Assembly (NCBI RefSeq): GCF_009914755.1
Contig: NC_060937.1
Reading direction: 5' to 3' (one strand)
Source: the human T2T-CHM13v2.0 reference genome, Homo sapiens
Length of the DNA: 64,000 nt
A program made the translations under genes and the position numbers. A model generated the notes under the pieces. The model had not been told where the DNA came from. It was given only the letters and a program-made list of their open reading frames with translations, and did not search any database. Shown piece after piece: positions 1 through 15,569 of this stretch (positions within the stretch are counted from its first letter, which is position 1; every line of letters begins with the position of its first letter).

Positions 1-1649
1 CTGGGGTCTATTCCTAGTTACCTCTACTTTTATAAGTCCTGAGCTACAACTTCTGCGCCTTCAGCCCATGAAACTGTAGAATGCTCCGCCCAGCTTCTTC
101 TCAGGTTTCAAACTGACAACTGACTCAATGAAACAGAAGTGCTAAATATCAAATTCTTTTTTTCTGTTTTTGTTTTTGTTTTTCTGTCTGAGATCCTGGT
201 ATCCAAGTCCTCTCTACCATCTAAGAATTTGTTATTGTTGTTGTTGCTTTCTTTAATTGTTGTTAATTTTTTACAGATTTTTTTAGTTGTGCTCATAAAT
301 AGGCCTGATTCAAAGCAACCTACTACACTGTTGTCAAAAATATGGTAATCAGTAAATATTAATTTTTTAACACTGTTCTCCAATTTATGTATTTCTTCTC
401 CATTACATTAAAACAAAAAAAAGAACTGATTCTGTTCAATAAACATGGGATTTACCTTAAAATTTAGTGCTTTTTTGTTCAAAATTTTTATTAATTGTCG
501 TGTACTATCCGCTACACTTCACTCCTTTAGATGAGATTATAAGGGCAACATATGGCATTACCATGACAGGAAAACTGTTACTGTATGTGCAGAGATGTTG
601 ACATTGCTGGAATGGACCATTATGTAATCATGTGAATCTTACGTCATCAGCTTACATAGGACAAAATTAATTTTCCTAGGGAGCAATTTGTATAATGCTA
701 TTAGTAAATAACATAAAATTTTAGTATATGAGGTCAGAGCTTCTTATGTCATTATTTTAACTTTTCATACCATATTGCCATGTACCTGCTATTTAATTCT
801 CTTATCATTTAGTGTTAAAGAAAAAAAGAGCCAATATGATACATACTGTGTAATAGGAAGGAGATTTTTGTTTTTGTGTATATGTTATGCAAAACTTTCT
901 AAATAGTCATCAAAACTATACTAAATCAAATAAGTTGTAGCAGGAATATTAATTTGAAAATCTCCAGATAGATTTAATCTTAGCCAGAAAAAAATGACAT
1001 ACCTTGATTTACAGTCCTACTAAGACATATATTTGAAGTCTCTCAGGCTCATTTATACAAAGGATATTAGGACTTCCATACACAAAACTCAGAGGATTAT
1101 TTTCACACATCATTTTAAAGGTTAAAATTTAATTGACTATCACAGAAATAAACTATATTGATTTATAGTGTTATCATAATTATCCTTAAAAATGAGAACT
1201 ACATTATATGTGCATCATATACTAGAGCTAAGTATGCTAACACACTTTAGGAAATAAGTAAATAAATAAATATAATGTATACTGAGAACCTATTATATGC
1301 TGGGCAATGTCATAAGAACTTTACATTTTAATATAATTAGATTCATGGTGCCTTGATTTTATTCTCCTGGAACTCAGGATAGTGATTATATAAATTGAGT
1401 ATTTTTTGTCCACACCAGGTATGATCCCTGGCTTATTCCTCTAAAGGAAATGTAGGTGGTTTGAAAATAGGCAAAATTTGTCTTGCTTTAATTCTTACAA
1501 AGTGAGACTCAAAATCATATTGTAAATGCACTATATCAAATGGAGTATTCGTTAGTCAATCAGAAACTTATTTTCAATTTCTTTCTAACCTTATTGTTAA
1601 GTTTTATCTCCTACTACTACTGTATATTTTATGGCTCTCTAAAACTTGA

Positions 1650-1651
<2 letters not shown>

Positions 1652-1690
<39 letters not shown>
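1652..1690. repeat. (GT)n microsatellite
   Basis: Uninterrupted GT run of about 19 units. Confidence 0.97.
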
Positions 1691-1691
<1 letters not shown>

Positions 1692-2639
1692 CTACTAATA
1701 TAAAGACAGTAGAAGAAACATATTTGTGTTCAATGGCCTAAACAACTTACACCTATGAATGTTTAGAAGACATACCTTAGAAATTATTACAATTAAAATG
1801 TTGCATTTATTTGTGGCACAAAGAACTAGATATATTTTGATGGCATCACATTTTTATCAGTCAAAACTCCACGAAGAAACGGAAACATTTTTTTCTATTA
1901 GAAATAGTTGATGCTAATTTCCACATATTGTAATTATCTTGGGCATAACACACCAAAAAGAAGTGAGATTTGTTCAGCCAATGAATGTTTATTAAGCACT
2001 AAGCCTATACTAGTTAGTGTTCTTAGTCCCCATAGTACCAACCTAGCCACCTTTTATGCAATACTCTGTTCAGTTGTTAGGCTCTAACTGCATATGACTA
2101 TGAAGCACTTGAAAAATGGCTTGTATGACCAAGGTGCATATTTTTTTGAGACACGAGAAGAGACAAGTGGAGAGTCATAAGAGATGAGGTGGGCCACATC
2201 ATTCAGGGACTTGAAAGCTCTACTAGAATTATTGACTTTTATAGTAAGTAAAATAAAGAGTACTTTAAGCAGAGAGATGGCAGATATTACCTGAATAATA
2301 TACTGCAAAAACACAAAATTCATAATATATAATTGCATAAATCACAGAAATAGAAAATTCTACATTGAGCATGTTGCAAAGTAGCTTCCAGATACAAAAG
2401 AATGTTTCTTTATACGATACATAGTAAGTTTCAATTTGTCCTCAATCAGTACAACAAGGTTCTTCCCCTTTTGCTGCACCAATATCGTCCACACATAGCA
2501 GTGATATTTTTAACTTATATAGCTATTTATTCTTACTTTTTATGGCAGGACACTGGGAAACAGAAATGCTACAGAAAGTTGGAAATTCTAAACTTCTTGA
2601 GAAAAGAAGCAATGCTTTTTTATTTTTCTATTTCCCATT

Positions 2640-3260
2640 AGCAGTCACTGATAAAGTGACTCCTCTAAAACTGTTTAATTCCAAGTCACTAATGACTTTC
2701 TAGTCAAATCCAAAAGACACACTCGTTTCCTTATTTTACTTGATCTCTTGGCATCATTTGGAACTGTCAGCACCAGTGTTCCTCTTATAAAGCACGTTTT
2801 TGGCTTCTGATATAAAACCCCATCAGAATTTCCACCAAAAAGCTTTGACTGCTCACTCGCTGTCTCTAATGTGGAATACTCCTCCCCTGCTCATGTCTTC
2901 AAAACTAAAATTCTGTGGGGTCTTGCATTGCATTTCTCATTCTCCTCAGTCTACACAATTTCCCTGTAATACTGCATTCCATAGCATCAGCTGATACTTC
3001 TGTGCCAAACACTTACAAACTGAAATTTCACATACACTCACTCATATACCTTGGTATTGCCTAAAATACGTCCCACTCCCAAAAAGATACACTTTCATTC
3101 TCCTCAGTTTTATCTATGTGAGTAGCACCATCATATATCCAGTTGTTTAAGCTAAAACTTACTGCAGTTCCTGAGCCCTGACAACCTTCCTAATTACTAA
3201 TTAGGTCAGAATTATATGTTCCACACATCTTACATCAGAGTAGTTGCTATATTTCTAGAA
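2640..3260 (+). mobile_element. L2 LINE fragment, degraded
   Basis: L2-like motifs such as AAGTCACTAATGACTTTC..TCAAATCCAAAAGACAC and TTGATCTCTTGGCATCATTTG. Boundaries approximate. Confidence 0.6.
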
Positions 3261-3552
3261 AATATAAATCACAGACCTCAAAACCAGGTATCCAAGAGAC
3301 TAAATATTTTACAAGGTGATTTAAATGTTAACTTCAGTTACTTTAGACAGCATGGAGGAATATTTCACTGAGTTTGCCGTCCTCTTTCTACTGAAGTTTA
3401 GACTATTTTGTTGGGAAGGGTTGACTTCTGTACTATCATGAGATCTGCAGGGTATATCAGGCCTTCATGGGAGAAGCTGAGATGGTCAATGTCCTGCTGG
3501 GTACTGGTCATAGTGTGTGGTAATTTTTTGCTTCACATTATGCCAGACTTGA

Positions 3553-3953
<401 letters not shown>

Positions 3954-4364
3954 TTTATTTCATTACATATTTATATGTATAATATACATTTATATTTATA
4001 TATTTATATACTTTTTTTTTCTCAAGGGTCTTGAGCTCTCCCAGATAATTTTGGTAGTCTAAGAGAACCCCATATTTTTCACTTTTCTCTTCTCCCTCAT
4101 ACTCAGAGTAGTTACCTTCTGCTAATACGGCAGGTGGTATCACATTCATACAAGTATTTATGCAAATGACTGTAGTCATGTGACTGGAATCATCTTTCTT
4201 AAACCCGTGCCACAGAAACACTAAACTTTCCTAAGGGCTTAGACTTTTAAAATGAAAAACTAGAGAGATATTAAGGCTATTTCTGTATTATTTCTTTTTC
4301 ACTTTCTCCTCTCAAAGGCAAGGAAATCTGAAGATGATTGAATAGGAAGACAGAAAAAATTAAG

Positions 4365-4417
4365 ATGTGTGTGTGTGTGTATATGTGTGCGCGCATATAT
4401 ATATATATATATATGCA
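4365..4417. repeat. Compound (TG)n/(CG)n/(TA)n alternating purine-pyrimidine tract
   Basis: Read directly from the sequence. Confidence 0.9.
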
Positions 4418-5660
4418 AACTTAGACAAGCATCTCAAAATAGTATCTTATCATGCCATATATTGTAATATTCCATATATGTTCTGGATTTTCTACTAACT
4501 CAAAACTCTATAAATGCAGAAATCACACATCTCCCTTGCCTTTATATTCCTAATGGTGTTGATGTCAGCGATATTGGAGATAAACATGAATTTGTCTATA
4601 ATATAAATAGATAACTATTATAGGAAAACCTTCTCTATCTTCCTCATATGCATATACAACTCATTTTTCATGAGTTTCTGTTGCAAAATTGCTTATTCCT
4701 GGGTTCAGATAGAAAGTAGAAATCAAAATAAAGATAAAGAAGGTCATTACTCTCATTCCAAAATCTTCATAACAAAGATAAAAAAAAAACTAAGGGTTAC
4801 ATTTCAAAATAAAGCCTTATTCAGAGATCACATTTAGATCCAAATGAGAATTTTTAGGAAACAAACAATCAAAAGCAAAGTAGGCAGCTAGCTTAATATC
4901 ACTTTGAAGGCTTTGGCTTGTTTTATTGGAGATCTAATCTTTTGGATGTGCTACTGGGCACAAACCAAAGCCAAACATATTTAACTAGCAAAGCTTTACA
5001 GTTATTTCAGAATTGCTCAATGGAATGTGTTATTGCAGTTACAAAGTGATGTTTTAAATCTGCTAAAATGAGTGAATTTTTCTTAGAAACCCTAAGTGTA
5101 TTTAGAATAATAGAGGACGATATTTATTTGAAAAAGAAAATTACGTTGCTAGAGCTATTTAATTCGAACATCAGTTCACAGTTCACATGGATCAGTTAGT
5201 TTACGGTAATAGCATACCTGAAAGATAAACTAATTAATTCATATTTTTAGTTGGATATATTCTGAGTTACCTCAACAGAAGGTTTACTGATTTCTCATTT
5301 TAAATACCAAATATATACTTTTAAGACTGATATGATGTGTTCAGTCATGGGTGATGAGCTTTCCCTTCATTTACTTAATAAATAGTTATTGGATACCTAG
5401 TGTTTTCTATGAACACTTTGGAATATGGTGTTGAACAAAATTAAAAGCATGACTGTGTTCACTTACAACATGTATATTGTTATTATTTAGCCTATTTCTC
5501 ATGTGTTTTTTTTTAGTGTTGAAGATTTAAGAAAGCTAATTAAAATAAGTTGATACCAGTTGAGACATTTTTTGTCTCTTTTTGGCTTGCTCCCTCATTA
5601 TAGTAAACCTCATGTTTATAATACATAGATTATGATACTGCAACTCAAAGGCAATAAAAG

Positions 5661-5837
5661 CACCTTATTTGTTTTTAAAAAATATGATTGGAACACAGTC
5701 ATACCTCCTTCTTCCTGTATTGTCTATGGCAGCATTTGTGTTACAATTGTAGAGTTGAATAGTTATGACAGAGACGATATGGCCCATGAGCCTAAAATAT
5801 TCACTAACTGAGTCTTTACAAAGTTTGCCAAACCCTG
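5661..5837 (+). mobile_element. MER58A-like hAT-Charlie relic, 5' part missing
   Basis: ATTGGAACACAGTCATAC..TATTGTCTATGGC..AGAGTTGAATAGTTATGACAGAGAC..CCTAAAATATT..AAAGTTTGCCAAACCCTG terminal repeat. Confidence 0.85.
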
Positions 5838-6199
5838 CTCTACAAAAATAATTAATTTTAAAAAATGCAAATCCATATGTTCCTGTGTAACAATTTTTTC
5901 TTACTGTAAGAAGACCAAGAAATGTATACTGTCACACATTTTTTAAAACAGGACAGGGAAAGACTGCAGGCTTGAAAGGAAGATGGGGTGGAAAGAGGGG
6001 TACTGCCAAGAGGCAGTTTCAGAAGGAAGAATCTTCAAGACAAAATCGCGGTGCAAATACAGGCAAGGGATGCACAGGAGAAGCGAGCAGGAGGGCGGCT
6101 TTATTCGTAGAGATTGGGAAGGAACAGTTTTATGAAAATACATTGAAACTTAGATCTACGTCTTTTTTTGTGGCCATTTTGCAAAGGTGAAATATACTC

Positions 6200-6535
6200 T
6201 CGCACACACCCAAAATCATCAGAACACAGAGACTGATGATACCACACATGAAAATGTTTTTTACTCACATAGTAAGGATTCAAGATAAAAGCAGGGCAGT
6301 CTCTAAAGTTGGTCTAAAATTGGCTTGAGGAGAGAAGGGAAAGGAGACTGGCTTGGGTTTTGTTGTGACTTTGATGTGGGGCTTGGGTAAGCCGTGGTTT
6401 GAACTTCCCTCCACCAGCGCCTAAGGATAGCGCACTGGGTATTCCAATTAGCTTGCTATGGAGTGGGGCAGAAGGGAAGGAGGAGTGGTGGGGCTTCAAA
6501 GTTGTCAGCAAACAGCAAAAGTGGAGTCATTTGAT
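6200..6535 (-). mobile_element. Probable old ERV LTR fragment, family not assigned
   Basis: G-rich LTR-like text ending AAAGTTGTCAGCAAACAGCAAAAGTGGAGTCA. Recognition is weak. Confidence 0.4.
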
Positions 6536-6861
6536 ACTTTAGTGTTTTTAGGGAAATCTTACTAGAATATAAATATGGAAATTTAAGATTCAGTTTTGTT
6601 TAAATAATAGATATTTGGTCAAAGCTTTTAGCATCCAGTTCATACATGAGTAAAATGGTCACAATAACACTAGGTTTCCACACCTCATAAAAGAATTGTG
6701 AGGTTTTCAGAAGAAATATTTGTGAAAGAGCACTGACAAGTAAAAAGTACAGAGGAAAAAAGTGTGCTGTTATATATTAGTGTCTTATGTTGTGTGACTG
6801 AGGGCTTCTTGTTTTTAATATTCTTGTGTTTGAGTGCAAAAAAACAGATTCTGGTTACTTG

Positions 6862-7168
6862 TAGGGTTTTTTGTTTTTGTCTTTTTGGAGATGAGGTCTT
6901 GCTCTGTCACCCAGGATGGAGCACAGAGGTGCAATCACAGCTCACTGCAGCCTTGACCTCCTGGGCTCAAGTGATCTCCCACCTCAGTCTCTGAGTTGCT
7001 GGGACCACAGGCGTGTGCCACCATGCCTGGCTAATTTTTGCATTTTTTTGTAGAGATAGGGTCTCGCCGTGTTGCCCAGGCTGCTCTCAAACTCTTGGGC
7101 TCAAGTGATATGCGCACTTGAGCCTCTCAAACTACTGGGATTACAGGCCTGAGCCACCGCACGTGGCC
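6862..7168 (-). mobile_element. AluJ, full length
   Basis: J-type text (CTCACTGCAGCCTTGACCTCCTGGGCTCAAG). 15-bp TSD GATTCTGGTTA(C/T)TTG at 6847-6861 and 7169-7183. Confidence 0.95.
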
Positions 7169-9590
7169 GATTCTGGTTATTTGAATGAACTTCTGTAGAT
7201 GGATCTAAATATTTTTGAAAGTAATTGCAAGCTGCTTTTTGTTTAATTTTAGTACCATTTTTCTGTCAAAAAATGTTATTTTGAAATGACTTGTGTAGTC
7301 ACATCACCAGAAAGAAAGGCCAGTGTCATAGCCTTCTATTTATATTTTGACATTGTTATATCATAAAAATCTTAAACAACAATAAAAGAAGTAAATAAAC
7401 ACTGTATCAGTTACACAATTAAAATAGACACTAAAAAATTCTTCACACAAACGCCCTGTTATTTGCAGGTGGATAGATGATAAATACCTTCTAATTCAAA
7501 CATTTTATAGGCATTTCTTGACTTTAATATATGTCTGAAAACATGCTATCCAACAGCAGCCCACTTGACATTTACAAGCTGAGAAAGGTCATGCCTTGCT
7601 TATTGCTAGTGGTTATAAAAATGATAATAAGAGTGACTAGAAACTCTGAAAAACTATGTTAACCTCCAGGCTCACAAAAATGAAGCTTAAAAGATTCTCA
7701 ACAGTAAATCACTACAGAGAATTTTCTAGCACATGTTAAAAATAAACAAAAAACAACAACAACATAAAACTACGTACCTGGATGTAAGAGCAAGATATAC
7801 TAAATTTGAAACACTTAAAAAATTCTACAGAGGTCTTCTGTTTGTTTCTAGTTTGTTTCTAGATATTTACTCTATTTCATCTAATTTTAATTTTACATTA
7901 CCATGTAATTAACTAATAGCAATGCTATTTCAAGGGACACGTTTTATATTTAATGTTACTGTTTAATTACATCAGTAGAAGCCAAACATGACAATGGTAT
8001 GAACAGATTAATTATGCATTGTAATTGTCAATAAAATGAGTACTGCCAGACTATATCATCTCAATAACAAAAATATTTTAAATACTCTATCTACTAAATT
8101 ATCTAATTGAACTCACATATTAACTATATTTTTTATCAATTAGAAATTATATTTGATTTTATATTCTTGATAATTGTACTTTCATCATAGATAGATTTCT
8201 ACCTTTTTGTCAATTAATGTCAAAAATCAGAAAATATATAAAATATTAAAAAAAGTAGTCACTCAAAACTACATTAAAGATCAGCATTTTTTTCAAAATT
8301 TATTTATTTTTTAGATTTACCATCATTCTTTTTATTCTACATAACCTAGTGTAGTATAAGTCATAAAAGCACTGATAGGAAATATATTCTAATACGCAAT
8401 CTTCTTTTCTTCAGTGTCAACAGTTGTGAAAAATTTTATTATTTAGCATTTTATCAGAAAAGTCAAATACATTCATAGCTATTTCTTCTGGTCATATTGC
8501 AGACAGAACAAAAGGCATGGATTTATCTCAAGTCTCTGGGAAAATAAATAAGTTAATCCTAATGTTAACACTAATACCTTAATGTTGTGGTTAACATACT
8601 GAAATAAATAAATTAAATGTCACTGACTGTGGTATTATATATTTATTCCAGATACAGAAATGCAATGTTTACTTTTCTCTGTCTCCATTTACTCTGTGAT
8701 ATAGATGCCTGCATTTGTGTACGATGGAAGTTGTTTTTTTCTTTTCTCCCATAAAGAGGTAGCATATTCCTAAAACAAGGTAAGATTCTACAATGATTCT
8801 GTCTTAATACTTCACAGACACACATAGTATCTGTTCAGGTTGCAGGGTTCATCTCCATGCTTGTGTAAATTCATGAATCAACCAATACATGGTTAAAAAA
8901 GAAAAAAAAAACTATCTCAGAGAGAGTGCTACATGACTAGAATGTATTAGAAAGGAAGGTGGAGTTCTAGAGCATTTCTATTACAATCTGTGCAACATGA
9001 ATATTCATTATATCATATATTTTACAAGCCATTGACTTTATAACTGTTGCAGCAATAATGAGATTATATAGGACTATTGCTACAATAGATGTTAAAAGAT
9101 TTGGTGTTGGAAACTTTCACCTGTCATTTTGCATCTCGATTTAAATTACAGTAAGGATACTAGTAATTCACAGACGACCTTTGAGAACATTGTACTGTCA
9201 CAATAATTTAAATTTGGCTGTGTGTATTCTTCACCTAATAAGGTTCTGTTTGTTCATAAGTGATTTCAAAGTAAGCTATGCATTATATTATTTCTTATTT
9301 TACAATTTATAATCCACTTATGTAGTATGGCTAAACTGGACACCCTGAGTGCAAAAGTAACTTAGATGGATGGAATTTCTCTTTCATAACATTTACAGTT
9401 TTGTGAGGAATATAAGTGAGTGAAAAAAATTAATTTAGTGCACTAAATTCTAGGTTGTGAGAATTACATGACTGATTGAAAGTTGTGACTACAGAAAATA
9501 GGGTGTTATAGAGTTGCTAAATATAACACACTGCCACTCATCCTTGGTGTCCTTGGCAGGCATTGTTAATTGATCACAGCATTATGCTAA

Positions 9591-10300
<710 letters not shown>

Positions 10301-10399
10301 CATTCTATCAGAGGCATGTTTAAAAATATATAAATATGTTTAGCTTAAAATACGTACATTTGAATACATACAAAAATAATCATAGGCATATGTATATAA

Positions 10400-11850
10400 A
10401 TGTGTTAGCATATACATACAATTTTACCTAGTTCTATTTTCTAGGAGGCCAAGAAGCAACGATACTGCAAAACTATTAAGCATACTCAGTGCCTAAACTT
10501 GGATTCTAAAGATAAGTTTCAACTAAAAAGAATAAGGGCAATTAGAGAAACAGTTGATTCTAGGCACTGAGAAAACAAATACAAAATAAGGGTGGATCTC
10601 TTGTAGTGTCAGAAAGTAGGAAAGTAATGGCCAAAGCTAAAGCAATTCCAGCAATAAAGAACATAGTACTGGATTATAACCCACCATCATGAGTTCAATG
10701 AACATGAATCCATATTGATATAATAAATAGTGGAAAAAAAGAAATCTTTCTTTTAAACGGATGTCAAATAATTTACATAGATATTCCCCCTCCTCCCCAT
10801 GAAGTGAAACTTAATCTTCTCCATTCCATCTTGTGGGTGAGCTGGATTTAGTGAATCACTCACAAAGAACAGAATGTAGAATGTGAAAAATAGTAAATTC
10901 ACAGTGGAGAAATAGGGCTAAACCTACCTTAACCAAATGATCAAAGATAATTTCACCATTGTTTTCATGTGGCTATCATATATACACCCTGCTATAGTTT
11001 GGGCATTTGTCTCCCCAAACCTCATGTTGCTATTTGATCCCAATGTAGGAGGTGGAGGCCTAATAGGAGGTGTTCGGGTTATGGCAATGTATCCCTCATG
11101 AAGAAATGCCCTGGCTGGTGGGTGTGGGGGTGAGTGACTTATTCTGTTATTTTCTGGGATAGCTGGTTGTTAAAAAGAGCCTGGCACCTCCTCACTTTCT
11201 CTCTTCCTTCCTTTTTCAACATGTGATCTCTGCACATGCTGGCTTCCCTTACCTTTCCACCATGAGTGGAAGCAGCTTGAGGCCCTCACCAAAAGCAGAT
11301 GCCGGCACCATGCTTCTTGTAGAGCCTGCAGAACTATGATCTTTATAAATCACGCAGCCTCAGGTGTTCCTTTAGAGCAGTACAAATGGATTTAAACACA
11401 TAGTAATATGATGTGAAGAGAAGAGCACTTAACTACTGTTATATTCAACCCTAAATCCATAACAACAGCCTACTGGGGGAAAAAATCAACTAAAATGAAA
11501 TTTAGAGATCTGCAAAATCTGCCCACTATACCTCAAAACCGTAAATTTCACAGGAAAGAAAGGAATGACTGAGTAACTGTCAGATATCATAGGAGGTTAA
11601 AAACATAAGAGCTCAATGCAACATGATACCATGGATTGGATTATGAAACAGAAAAAAAATATATTAATGAGAAATGAGAAATACAAATAAGATCAATGTT
11701 TCAAAAGTTGGTTTCCTAGTTTTAAAATATATTCCATAGTAATGTAAGCTGCTAATGGAGAAAACTGGGTGAGTGGTGTATGAAACCTCTGGTATTATAT
11801 TTGTAAATTAACTATAATACAAAAATTATTTTAAAATAAAAAGTTTGTTA
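10400..11850 (+). mobile_element. L1MC/L1MD-type 3' region interrupted by an MST LTR
   Basis: GGCCAAGAAGCAACGATAC..TGATTCTAGG.., ACAGTGGAGAAA..ACCTTAACCAAATGATCAAAG, resuming after 11400 and ending AAAATAAAAAGTTT. Confidence 0.7.
10990..11398 (+). mobile_element. MST (MSTB-like) MaLR solo LTR
   Basis: Starts TGCTATAGTTTGG..CCAAACCTCATGTTG. Contains GCAGATGCCGGCACCATGCTTCTTGTAGAGCCTGCAGAA. Ends AAATGGATTTAAACA. Confidence 0.88.
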
Positions 11851-11859
11851 GAAATCAGA

Positions 11860-12155
11860 CACACAAGCCAGAGAAAAATAAATACATGTTTTCTAATTCT
11901 ATTTACATAAAATTTTAGAAAATGCAAACTAACCTAAGGTGATAGAAAGTAGATCGTGGTTAACCAGGGTCAGGGGTGGAGGGAGGAATGGACTGCAAAG
12001 TGGCACAAGAAATCTTTCCTGAGTTTTGGATTATACCTTGATTGTGAAGGTAGGTGATGGTGTATAAAACTTTCCAGACCCATTGCATCTACACTTTAAG
12101 AGAATGGAGAATACTATATATAAATAATACCTTAGCACATTTAAAATTTAAAAAC
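11860..12155 (+). mobile_element. L1ME/L1MB 3' end fragment
   Basis: ATTTACATAAAATTTTAGAAAATGCAAACTAACCTAAGGTGATAGAAAGTAGATCGTGGTT.. typical of old L1 3' UTR. Confidence 0.7.
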
Positions 12156-12721
12156 ATAGCTATTTCTGTTTTTTCAAATTGTTTCATAGTAGCAAATATT
12201 TAATAACAAATCACTTTAAAGAAAACTCTCTTTTACAGATTATACATGGTTTACCCATTATTCAAAAAATATAAACAATAAAAAACTATAAAATAGATAA
12301 TATAATCATTTTAAAACTGAGGACACAATATCAAAGTATATACAATGTCAAAGAATAAATTTTGGAAAATTATGGCTGGGATTAAACTTGAGCAGTTCAG
12401 ATGCAAACTGAACTTTTAACTCCTATGTATGTTGTCTCTTAAATTTTAAGTGAAATTGTACTTCTAAATAAAGCCTATGTGTGTTTATATGTGTGTGGAT
12501 GTGTCCATTGTACTAATTAATGTCATCTATATAGAAGGCTCATCAGTCATAAATATTATAACCTTATTTTTTGCTAGCCATACAGACTAACACAGTATAC
12601 AACATATTGAATAAATATTTTGTTGGACATTTCTTTAGTATATTTATTGGTTATCACAAATTGTTTATATAATTCTTACCATTTTTATTGAGTTGTTCAT
12701 GCTTTTCTTATTTATTAGATC

Positions 12722-13028
<307 letters not shown>

Positions 13029-14329
13029 TATTAGATCTCTTATGTTGAAGGTATAAAATTTTTGTCTCCTGCATCATTGCAAATACTTTTCTACTTTACT
13101 ATTTATCTTCCAAGTCTACTTACAGCTTTTGTTTCTGGTAATAAATAAATATCTGCCTTCTCTCTACTTCTGCTTATCAGATTTCTACCTGATATTTAAG
13201 CCTCAATTCAAAATTTAATTGCCTATGAAGTTTTTTAGTCCCCTTAGCAAAATGTATTCTCATTCTACATTGCAATTCTACAATTTATTACGTCTTATGC
13301 TATTATTTTTTAAGATCCTTTATATGCTTTGGAAAGAATTCAGTTTTCCTCAAATTCCTTCAAAACAGGGACCTTCAGTTAATATTTTTCTGTATACAGC
13401 TTTCAAGATGCTGTAAAGTAGTTAGTAATCAAACTGTATTATATCAACTCAATAACAAAGTAAAAATATTAAGTAACATGAGGTGTAATTTACCAAAAAT
13501 CATTATTATTGCATTATTCAAAATAAATTGAATCAATTAACACTGAGATGAACAAATGAAGAGAATTATTTTTAATGTCAGAAAAAAATAGAAAAAAATT
13601 TACAGAGACTGGGACAGTGAAAAAAGAGAACAAACTGTTTAGCCAGGAACATCCCTCAAAATAAAGACTCAAAATAAAGACTCATCAAGAAAGAGTCCTT
13701 AAATCCAAATGATATCAACCAGTAGACAATTTTCCCCAACACAGGAAAGGTAATGCAGTTTCTAAAACTAACAGTGTTATTAAACACAATATCTTTGTAT
13801 GTTTTATGGAACTGACACATTAACTCTTTGCATAAAATATAAATTTGGGGAATGTCCATTAATGGATAAATACAAATAAATACTTGTTTGCCTACCAGGA
13901 AAGACAATCTGGTAAAATCACAAATGTATGGCAAATATAAACTAAACATTGAAATGAGAAAATATGTAGGATGATCATGTGGAAGTTATTTTCTAATAGT
14001 ATACTTTTCTTGGACTCTTCACTCTGAAAATTATATCAGATGTTCATGGTGACAACACTGGTCTTAATGTTTACTTTTTTTTTCTATTGAAGAGATTGTA
14101 ATCATATAACAAAACATATAAGCAAATAAAATTAAATGTTTAAGTGATTGCTCAATATATGCTAAAAGACGATTTATTGTTGTATATGTCTTAGTATAAT
14201 TAGCTCCAGGAGTTCAGAGAAGAGATCACTTTAGGCTTTGGATTCTAGAGGCAGAGGTGCTGAGATGGCTACTACGTTGAGGAGAGGGCCAATGGTTAAT
14301 GACTGAGCAACATCATTTGTACAAAGTAA

Positions 14330-15070
14330 TGTGAGGGGAGAGTTCCCTGGCCCCCAACACAGGATGGATGTGCAACAGGGGTGTGGCTCTCTGTTCAGCT
14401 GCTGTGAGCTCAAACCCCTTACTGGAGGGGGAGTACACAGATGGTCAGGTGCAGGAGTCAAGGTGAGCATTTTGGGCTCTGGCCCCATGGTAGTGTCTAG
14501 GGGTGTGTGTCTGAAACTCACGAAGCCCAAGTGGGTTCAATGCAATCTTTCAGTTTTGCAGTCCATAGATGGGTTAAGTGTTAACCAGCTTAGTGTCCTC
14601 GCGGTACCCAGGTCCTTAACCGGCATCCAGGAAGAATCAGGTCATACATGGACTTGAAGGGTAAATGTGAGGGATTTATTGAGTGGTGGAGGTGGCTCTC
14701 GGTGGGATGGATGGGGAGTTGGAAGGGGGATAGAGTGGGAAGATGATCTTCCCCTGGAGTTTGGCCATGGAACAGCCAATCTCCTCTCCAATCATCCCCA
14801 GCCGAACTCCTCTTGGTGTTCAGACGCTCCTTCTCCTATTCTCTGTTGTGCCATTCTGCCATTCATCTGCTCTTCTTCCTCTGGAGCCTGGGGTTCAGGG
14901 TTTATATGGGTACAGGATAGAGGTATGATGGGCCAAAAGGCAACTTTTTGGGCACGAAAACAGGAATGTCTGTTCTCATTTAGGGCTGTAGGTTTCCAGG
15001 CTAAAGGATGGGGCCTCTGCCAGGAAACCAAACTCTTCTACCCAGTATTTTCCATTGCCTGTCCATATCC
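14330..15070 (-). mobile_element. LTR1-family (ERV1, HUERS-P2 type) solo LTR
   Basis: Reverse strand begins GGATATGGACAGGCAATGGAAAATACTGGGTAGAAGAG, has CCCATATAAACCC, ends GGGAACTCTCCCCTCACA. GTAA flanks both sides (14326-14329, 15071-15074). Confidence 0.88.
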
Positions 15071-15569
15071 GTAACAGAATGTAGAAAGTTAATGGATATA
15101 AGAATATATTTCTTCGAATATAGAAAATTATTTAAATAAGGTAACTGTGGAAAATTATACTGAAAAAAAGTTATTCCTCCTTCTCTTCCTATTACCAGTA
15201 CTATTACATCTGTGTTTTTGCTTTAAAATATATAACATGCTTTTGTGAATATAAAATTATTTGAAACTTGCAAAAATATGTAAGAACGCTTAATAATATT
15301 TATTGTAGGAAAAATTGCATGAGTGAATTTAAATAAATTGGGCCAAACATATAATTTATAAAATTTTAGATAGTACTCATCTTTAAGTCATCAATCTCAC
15401 TGTTTCTATCAACCAGAAAACCAGATGCAGTTCAGGTTTGAAAAGGAGTTTAACACCAGATTTAGTCATGTATATTTCATTCCATGGGAAGTTAGAAGCC
15501 ATTGTTTTAGAGCTATTAGTCTGTGTTGTATGAAAGTATCTGGAGAGACACTGGAAGTATAGACACAAA

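Noticed and set aside
13655-13684. 13-bp tandem duplication CTCAAAATAAAGA
   Set aside because: Ordinary slippage duplication with no further structure.
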